This document shows, piece after piece, positions 22,738-31,134 of a DNA stretch of 31,134 nt. The position numbers and the translations under genes are program-made. Position 1 is the first letter of the stretch, and the number at the start of each line of letters is the position of its first letter. The notes beneath the pieces were generated by a model. The model was not told the DNA's origin. It saw only the letters and a program-made list of their open reading frames with translations, and did not search any database. Where the stretch lies: contig NW_021832447.1 of the NCBI RefSeq assembly GCF_006345805.1, forward strand, positions 1-31,134, given 5' to 3'. The stretch is from Octopus sinensis. Its lineage: Eukaryota.

Positions 22738-24456
22738 CTGCTACAGATACGCATAGATCTATCTATTTATTTGTCTATCTATCGATCGATCGATCTATTT
22801 ATCTACCTACCTACCTCCCTACCTGCATACCTACATACCTACATATATGCATACAAGAATACTTTGAATGTTATGCGGTTTTTTTTCTCTTGTGTGACTT
22901 GGTAAGAAGAGCAGGGTCATTAGATATAAAATAAGTGTTTTAGTGTTTGGATGCGAGCAGGAATTTTGTAGAGGACAGTTGGGTGAATTTTGAAGTTGAT
23001 GCCAACATCATTTAGGCAACGATATCGGAATATTTTCCACAAAAAGGACACAAAACCTGCTGAATTAAGAATAACCATATTTATTAGAATAGCGAAAGGC
23101 ATTTAGGTGACAGAAAACTGCCGCCACTAAAATGCAGTGCCGTCTTTTCTAGGTCACATATATGTAACGTTTATTTTGAATGATATCTTGTAAGATATAA
23201 CACCCTTCTTCTCATAATTCCCCGAGTCAGTATTATATTTCCTTTCCTGCAGCATTAATTTGGGATGTTAAATAACATGTCCCCTTTACTTTGAATAAAA
23301 TAAAAACAGGGTAAAAATAATTATGGACATAGACAGTTCCACTTACAGGAGTCTCAGTTAACAAAAAGACAATTAAAACAGTAAAGAATGGAAAGAAAAT
23401 ACGCGATTAAGAACATCTATATTTCCCACGTTTGGAACAACGGGCTGGCATTAGGTAATTTCTAAACTTTTCAAACAAAAACTATAATTAAATTGCTACT
23501 ATTTTTCGCAGGAATTTAATATGAGAGTTTATAACTGTCTAATTATATTGCAATACCTTTCTGCATTTCAGATATTTCCATCTAATCAATTGTATGAATT
23601 TTTATGACCAGATGCGCATATTGCTGTATCATGTTTCGTTCTCATTAGTGCGAGGCAATAAAACATGTATCAATTATACTGCAATCTTGCGGATCTCCAC
23701 TCTCTGAAGTTATTCATTACAGCTAAGCATGGTGTAGTCATAGAAACAATATCGTAACAAATAAATGCGCATATGTAATGACAATATGCAAATAATCATC
23801 GACCAATTCCTTTGAAATCTGAAGGACCCCGAGCAATCACTGCGGCCCTTTTTTCTATGCTGGAAGAAAATCCCCATGTTGAGATCGATTTGGAAAGTAT
23901 GGCGATATCCTAATATTAATTTCAAATTTGGGCACAAGGCCAGAAATTTAGGTGGAGTGGATATGTCGGTTATATCGCATCAAGTGCTCGGCTGTTACTT
24001 ATTATATCGACTCTCGAAAAGATGAAAAACAAAGTCGACCCCGGCGGCGTTTGAACTCGGAACATAAAATCGAGGAAAGTGCTGCTAAGCATTTTTCCCA
24101 GCGTGTTAACAATCTTCCAGCTGACTGACTTAACGTTCTAATATTATGTATTGAAAACGTATTATATTCGAGCAAAACTATGTTGATATTATTTCTTTAG
24201 CAAGCATTAACATATGCAACTGATGATGAACATGTGTGTTTGATTTCATATATATATATATATGGATAGATAAACAGACAGACACAGACAAATAGATAGC
24301 TAGGTATGTACGTATGTATGCATGCATGTATGTATGCATATATGTATGTATGTAGGTAGGTAGGGAGGTAGTTAGATAAATAACTCGTTCGATCGATCGA
24401 TCGATAGACAAAGAGACAAATAGTTAGATAGATAGATCTGTGTGTATCTGTAGCAG
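22738..24456. repeat. Pair of ~120-bp inverted arms (22738-22855 and 24331-24456)
   Basis: CTGCTACAGATACGCATAGATCTATCTAT...ATCGATCGATCG...CTACCTCCCTACCT...CATATATGCATACA occurs in reverse complement at 24331-24456, ending GTATCTGTAGCAG. Confidence 0.8.
23930..24132 (-). mobile_element. SINE family B, diverged full length, tail type 1
   Basis: GGCACAAGGCCAGAAATTTAGG...AAAGTCGACCCCGGCGGCGTTTGAACTCGGAAC...GCTAAGCATTTTCCCAGCGTGTTAAC...CCAGCT. Confidence 0.85.
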
Positions 24457-25567
24457 AAAATTCACTTTTGAATTATTAAATATGCACTTTTGAACTACTA
24501 TATAAAATATAGCATGCAATCATACCAAGTTAATAAATATTCAGAAACTAGAAGCTTACCATTTGATATAATATGCATAAAACTGAAAGAATGTCATAAT
24601 CGGTTTTTTGAAAGTTACACTAGGAGCAGTTGATGTCAGTAATTTTACTATTCACGATCTCTCCGATTGTGTAAAGTTTGCTCATATTTTCGAATTTCAG
24701 GATAGGAGACTACACTCTAATTATCTTTTAAATTCAGAATAGATTACAGTTTCATAAATATTAGTAGTAGCATGAACGATGTAGATTCATATCTGTTGGT
24801 GTTCAACTATACTTCGTGGATTTTAATAGATAAACTTTACCTCCATCAATTTTGGAAATTTTGATAATTTCTTTTAGTACTTCTAACAGTTCTTCCACCA
24901 TGCACATATTTCTAGGTCAAGGCACACAGCAATTCCCTTTCGTGTCACATAAATTAACCGATTTTAGTTTTACAATATATATATATATATATATCCACAA
25001 TATTCAATCTCTTCGCAGCAGCTACTCAATCTAAATAAACATCCGCTTGACTTGTTCGTAACACGCAACTCTGAGTAACAGGCACTCAAATTGATAGATA
25101 GAGATGAGATGTTCTGATATAAATATATATGGACAATTGCCTTAACTGAGGAACCTATGTGCATAAACAATTCCATTTTGGCACGGATCAAGGCTATTCT
25201 GAATATGATATAGCGCATTATCAATTCAATATTCAACTAAATATTGTATTATTGAATTCCGTTTAATTAATGTTCTGTCGTTTCTATCGTAAATATTAAT
25301 TTGCTTCCATTTGGGCAATTATAAATGATAAAGTCATATGTCCTGATTGGAAAACCATTTGTATCTTACAATATTTGCTACAAATCTGTTCAAGCGGCAA
25401 CTTCCAGCTTCCCCCCACCTCTTTCCTTGACCATTATATTTGGTATCTTATCTAAATTGTATAGATGTCCCTCATGTTTAAAACAAGCATTGCAGTACTA
25501 AGCATCGAAGAATTACGATAAAAGAGAATCAACTCATAATAAAAATATATTTATGTATCTGTGCGTG

Positions 25568-25629
25568 TATCTATCTATCTATCTATCAATCAATTAATTA
25601 ATCTATCTATCTATCTATCTATCTATTTA

Positions 25630-25664
<35 letters not shown>

Positions 25665-25707
25665 TATATATATATATATATATATAATATATATATATTA
25701 TATATAT
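25568..25707. repeat. (TATC)n(TC)n(TA)n compound microsatellite
   Basis: Directly visible. Confidence 0.9.
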
Positions 25708-27530
25708 GGTGGGGTACGTATATATGTTTTCTATTCGTTTCTCTCTATGTTGCGTATTAACTCATTTGTTCTCGTATTTCATGCTGTTTACTGCTTTTGA
25801 GGTCCTGTACCTATATATGCATATACGTATATATAAGCATGCATTTTCAAACAGAAGAAAATATAAATGTTAGTCCTGCTTCGTTTACGTTTTTGAAGAT
25901 GCAAATACCACACATTATTAGATTTTATTCTTGCTACTTCATACTTTCTTATCTAAATGGCGACTGACATTTGAGTTTAATGATTCTGAGAGGTTGCATC
26001 GAGAACATAACTATAAAATTATTTAGCTCGCATAACCTTTTTGTGTGAGAAGTTTATGTCATTTTACTCGTTCAATAACAAAGTGAAATAACTTGGCTAG
26101 ATTCATCTCATCAACCCATCGGTGAAAGTCTTGATTCACTTTAAACAATAAAACACTAAAATCGTTATTTATCTCTTTATTTTAATAGCTAAAGTGTTTC
26201 TCTTTAGATACGAAAACCTACGTCTCTTGTTTTGAACGAAAAAGCTATATTATATCTTCTCTTAGTAAACATATTATTCTCTTGGATGTAATATCAAGTA
26301 AGATATTAGTTTGCATTCTGTAGCAAGTTCTTGTAAAAGAGACAAAAAAAGAAAACGTATCAAATGTTCAAAAACAACTATTGTTATATAATGTCTTGAT
26401 GGTAGTTTTAATAGTTGATATTTTTCCCAAATGGTAAACACAGCTTAATGCTCGATGTCTAAATCTTATGAATCTATGATTTATATTGCAATACTCACAG
26501 AATTACACTTTGAAGTATTTTTTAATCATCTTACAATTGACGTATCCTTTAAAGATATTTCTCTTCTAGGCGTATGGTCTACGATATTACATTTCGGTTT
26601 CAAATAGCATCCTACTTGCGACAACAGAGACAATCAATTACATGTATACTGATCAATTGAACGGCCAAGTTTTACTTCCACTATTTTTAGACGTAAACAT
26701 TCTAAAACCGCTGTCATGTCTTAAAGCTTGTTTTCGGTACTCGAAGAAATGTAGGAAGTAGCAATTTTGTTGACGTTAATAATAAAACAGTATTTTTAAA
26801 TGTGTTCTAAACACAGTTATACAAACTACAGATTCTATGTGCCTTAATATTACAGTTTGCATTGGCTATAAATGTTTGTAATGAACAAACATGAAATTTG
26901 TGATTGTATTAGTCAGCTATGATATTAAAATGGCGTTATTAACGATATTATTAAAGAAATGTCATGTTTGCAACAAATTTATTGACTATACATGTGAGGA
27001 AAATGATGTGTACAAAAATCGTAATTAAGATACACATGAATTCTCAGTAGCTGCGCTCCATTCCATGGCATTCATAAAATTCGGCGGTGCGATGACGCTT
27101 GTGGATTACTTACATTAATTAGCATGAAAAGCAGAATATGAGATGTGTTAGTATGATAGGAAGAAAATGTTCTATTATTAGGAAGAATAAAATGCATATT
27201 GTGAATTCAAGGTAGCTTTAGACAGTATTGTAAATTATATTCCTTCTAAGTTATATAACGATTAATAAACATATACTATACTTAAAGAAAACTATTAGAA
27301 AAATGTTTACATCGTTATAGAAAACCTGGAAAAAGCTGATGTATAACCAACCAACAGAGTCACACAACTTAATTACAATTAAAATACAACTATTAGTAAA
27401 TGTTGAATTTCATAGCACGACATGATATATGTGCTCAAGTGATTGTATGTGTGCGTGTGTCTGCATATGTGTGTGCACCAATAGTGTATATAAGGATATA
27501 TATATATATATGTGTGTGCGTGTGTAGATA

Positions 27531-27942
27531 TAGATGAATTAGGTATTTAGTTGAGGCACCAGAATTTAGTACCGTAATTTTTCATACAATTTCAATATAA
27601 GGTGAATAAAATCAAAATTTGCAACCAGGATATCCAGAGGTAATGCAACATGAGGGATTAGTTCACAGGGGAAGAAAGCGATTAGGTACGCTATGTAAGT
27701 GCTGTAATGGATTACTAGCGCAGCAAGGTCATAGCCGAGATGGTAATTATGGATTCATTGCAGATTTCCACACTGTCACGCCTGTATATATAAATCAAAA
27801 TAAGCAACAAGAATATCCAGAGGTACTGCATTACGTCTGGATATCTTTGTTGCTCATTTTGATTGAAATCACTCCATTCTGATTATATGGATAATACCAT
27901 ACTAATTTCTGGTGCCTTTAACTTAAGTACCATATTCAACTG
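27531..27942. mobile_element. MITE with ~40-bp TIRs (possibly Tc1/mariner type) and internal direct/inverted repeats
   Basis: Left end TAGATGAATTAGGTATTTAGTTGAGGCACCAGAATTTAGTA versus reverse complement of the right end CAGTTGAATATGGTACTTAAGTTAAAGGCACCAGAAATTAGTA. An internal motif AATCAAAAT..GCAAC.AG.ATATCCAGA occurs at ~27610 and 27793, and inverted at 27836-27864. Confidence 0.8.
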
Positions 27943-28933
27943 AATCTAAATTTTACTGAACCTATATATATACACATGTATATGTACAAGTGAAACTATG
28001 AAGACTTCTTCAAATACAAGGATTATAGCAATCTTTACTCCGATAAAGCTGTATATTGTACACACGTGAACACAATATATTACTAGGCATGCTTTAATTC
28101 AATGAAATATTTCAAAAATTGTAAATATCTATATCATAGTTTTCTCGCTCCTTACTTTCTTACCTCGATTTAATTTTCTATGAATGCAATTAATCATGCT
28201 TATCATAAAAATGTATGAATATTTTTATAGGAATATAGTAACCTGATAAGATATTCCATGGTTATTTTTTATGGAACATAACTTGATAGATGATATGATG
28301 TATAATCTAACTTTAAATTAAGAAAGTAGCTCCAATGAAGTCCTTTTATTATTTTTGATCATATTTGAATTATGCTACAGAATCGCTAAGTTAATAATTA
28401 CACGAAATATTGCTACAATAATTCGTTTTCTAAATACGAAGAAACAGGCGGAGTAATTTTCATTTATAGTCATTTTCTAATTAATTCTAAAAATGAGGCT
28501 ACCAACTCAATTTTCAGTGCTGCTTTATCTTCCTTTATCTTTTTTCCTTTTACAAAGAAAAAGAATGGGCACATATCCAAAAAATACATGATTACTATAC
28601 GTTCATTGAGTATTGATTCAAGAGAAAAAAATTTCTTACTGGCGCTATATTCTCTTTGTATATAGATTTATCATTTAGGGCAGACAATCTCGGATATTAC
28701 AAAAGATTGTATAAAATATTCTATTGACCCATGTTGACACATCACTGCAATAAAAGAACTCGCTCTTACTGACATTGTTTATATGTGTATTTGATTTTTT
28801 ATATATTATCTTTCACATTGATCGCAGTGTTTGATATGTGCAAACATCTACGTTGAATATTATGAAACTAATTCGCCTTCAGTTTTCGGAAGACATCACA
28901 ATAATATTATCGTTAAAATCGACGACTAACGAT

Positions 28934-28971
28934 ATCTGTCTATCTCTCTATCTATATACATATGTATGTAA

Positions 28972-29032
<61 letters not shown>

Positions 29033-29067
29033 GCAGAGAGAGATATATATAGATTTACATACATATT

Positions 29068-29111
<44 letters not shown>

Positions 29112-29278
29112 GAGAGAGAGATATATAGATTTACATACATATTATATATATATATATATATAGATAGATAGATATATGTATGTATAGATAGATAGATATA
29201 TGTATGTATAGATAGATAGATATATGTATGTATAGATAGATAGATATATTATGTATAGATAGATAGATATATGTATGT

Positions 29279-29313
<35 letters not shown>

Positions 29314-29363
29314 TATGTATGTATAAATACATACATATTTATACATACATATATATATGCATG

Positions 29364-29427
<64 letters not shown>

Positions 29428-29450
29428 AATACATATATATATATATATAT
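28934..29450. repeat. Compound microsatellite/minisatellite field
   Basis: (TA)n, a duplicated GCAGAGAGAGA..ATAGATTTACATACATATT block, and a ~24-bp unit TAGATAGATAGATATATGTATGTA repeated over ~29161-29320. Confidence 0.9.
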
Positions 29451-30114
29451 GCGATAGAGAATATTTGACAGCATTAATGTGGATTTCAAACATCAAACAA
29501 TTGATTTCGTCGATTACCACTTCCAAATAATTTTATATCCGAACATATAAAAACATATTTCTCTTTAAATAACAAAAATATCGGAGAGCTTAGTAAAGCA
29601 TGGAAATTGACGAAGCGTTCGACCGAATAAGTTTTGTAATTTACACATTTCAATGAAGATACTAAAATGTGTTTTGTATCTTTACTTGGATATATCTGTT
29701 CGGAATTATGTATCATTTTACAAGGAAGTATGGGTTTATATATCACCTATTCTATACAAAATATGTCGAAATGTATTCATAGATGATTGCATATATTTCT
29801 ACTCTCTCTTTCTCTCACACACACACACACCAACACACACACACACACATACACTCACACATACGCAAACACACAGAGGCACACACACATACATGTATAG
29901 ATACATGCATATATCTGTGTGTTCACTATATATCTAATCCTGATCGTTCGTGTGGTTGTGTAAGATCGAATGTGTGTCGTATCAGTGTATGCAGTGCATG
30001 TGTATGTGCAGCGTATGCAGTGTGTATGTTTGTGTGTGTCTGTTTATGCGTATTGCACACATTATATGCATTTGTGTATTATAATACATATACTATACAT
30101 ATTGTATTATATTT

Positions 30115-30195
30115 AGACTACCCACTAAAATTCCCTTTAAGACGGTGCTCTAGCATGGCCACAGTCGCATGATTGAAACAAGTAAAAGTATAAAA
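30115..30195 (+). mobile_element. SINE family A 3' terminal fragment
   Basis: AAGACGGTGCTCTAGCATGGCCACAGTCGCATGATTGAAACAAGTAAAAG. Confidence 0.8.
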
Positions 30196-30230
30196 AATAG
30201 ACATTTGTGTATATAGATATGTATAAATAA

Positions 30231-30273
<43 letters not shown>

Positions 30274-30894
30274 CTTGTGTGTGTATGTATAGATAGATAT
30301 ACATGAATATATTCACGTGTGTATATTTGTGTATGTGTGTGTATACATACTTTACAATCTTTAGGTCTGTGAATATTATTCATATAATGATTAGCATGTA
30401 ATTGAATTTAGTACAGACAACTAGGCATATTGTCGGCAATCTTCTGTAGAGACGTTGGGCTTAGTATGCTATGATAGATATTTGTTCGTGAGAAATATGC
30501 TTAATGTTCCACGAAGAGACTATAAAATGTCAAGCTTCAATTGTTACCACTGTATCCATGGAGCAACTCATGACTAAATCGGTACTATTTTAATTGAAAT
30601 GCATGAACAGGCACACAGTCACGATTCGAAGAATGTTTCTCTTACCCTGCCTTGCGGTAAGCATATTAATTAGTGCGCACAGCGCAGATCATCTGTTAAT
30701 TTCATAATTTGAAATAAGATACTACAAATTGTATATACTTTTTCGTAGAAATGTTATAGTGCTTTTAAAGTTGTTACCAAGTGTTTCTTATATTAACTGT
30801 TGCAAGACTGGATATTTTTCTTAGCAGTAACAGCATACAGGCCCTGATTTACAGGATTATATATATATATATGTATATATGTATATGTATATTT

Positions 30895-31071
30895 AAATAA
30901 TGAGGGAGATGAGGTATGCAATTAATTCTGTTTTTTATATAAATTTTCATCCGTCCTGCCCGCCAAATTTGGTTCTGGTGTTCGTTGAATTTTTCCTCTA
31001 GTGAACTTTCTTTGTAGTTTGATCGTTGATGATCTATTTCTAGCATACCTAGTAGTCTTGTCCTGCCAATG

Positions 31072-31072
<1 letters not shown>
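30895..31072 (-). pseudogene. Possible Penelope-like RT N-terminal remnant between microsatellite tracts
   Basis: Translation pieces QDY / MLEIDHQRSNYKE...HQNQIWR / GRTDENLYKK / CIPHLPHY loosely fit the PLE pre-RT pattern DY..KM...L.D...Y......N.I......I....Y..L.....P..YGLPK. Flanked by (TA)n and (CA)n(TA)n. Confidence 0.3.

Positions 31073-31134
<62 letters not shown>

Noticed and set aside
23785-23913. Peptide ANNHRPIPLKSEG resembling the LINE RT motif NYRPISL
   Set aside because: The flanking RT motifs are not recoverable; a single short motif is insufficient.
271-31082. ORF-track entries as real genes (e.g. 5763-6143, 13030-13428, 15094-15483, 29131-29526, 29783-30172)
   Set aside because: They are short, low-complexity (YI/HT/CV/SL runs) read-throughs of microsatellites or repeats, with no recognisable domains or coherent exon chain.

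Overview
AT-rich, microsatellite-dense eukaryotic non-coding DNA. The SINE families and the (TA)n/(TG)n/(TAGA)n load point to an octopod cephalopod (Octopus-like), intronic or intergenic; this is an inference. No intact protein-coding gene is supported, and the ORF track is mostly microsatellite or transposon read-through. The window is a mosaic of: two tRNA-derived SINE families; decayed Tc1/mariner transposase remnants and MITEs; a piggyBac-like end; an RTE-type LINE 3' end; Penelope-like (PLE) remnants, mostly embedded in (TA)n tracts; and a ~630-bp tandem duplication. The most notable signals are: (i) a type I minimal hammerhead ribozyme with an intact core, in a ~490-bp insert that landed in the (TA)n of a SINE (5622-5698, minus); (ii) a 313-bp near-perfect palindrome carrying two mirrored decayed hammerheads (2921-3233); (iii) SINE dimers/trimers joined at the same GGTATTTC site of the SINE head, suggesting self-targeted insertion; (iv) a pri-miRNA-like hairpin (14173-14271); (v) a 79-bp locally templated insertion inside a transposase; (vi) inverted microsatellite-bearing arms bracketing 1.7 kb.
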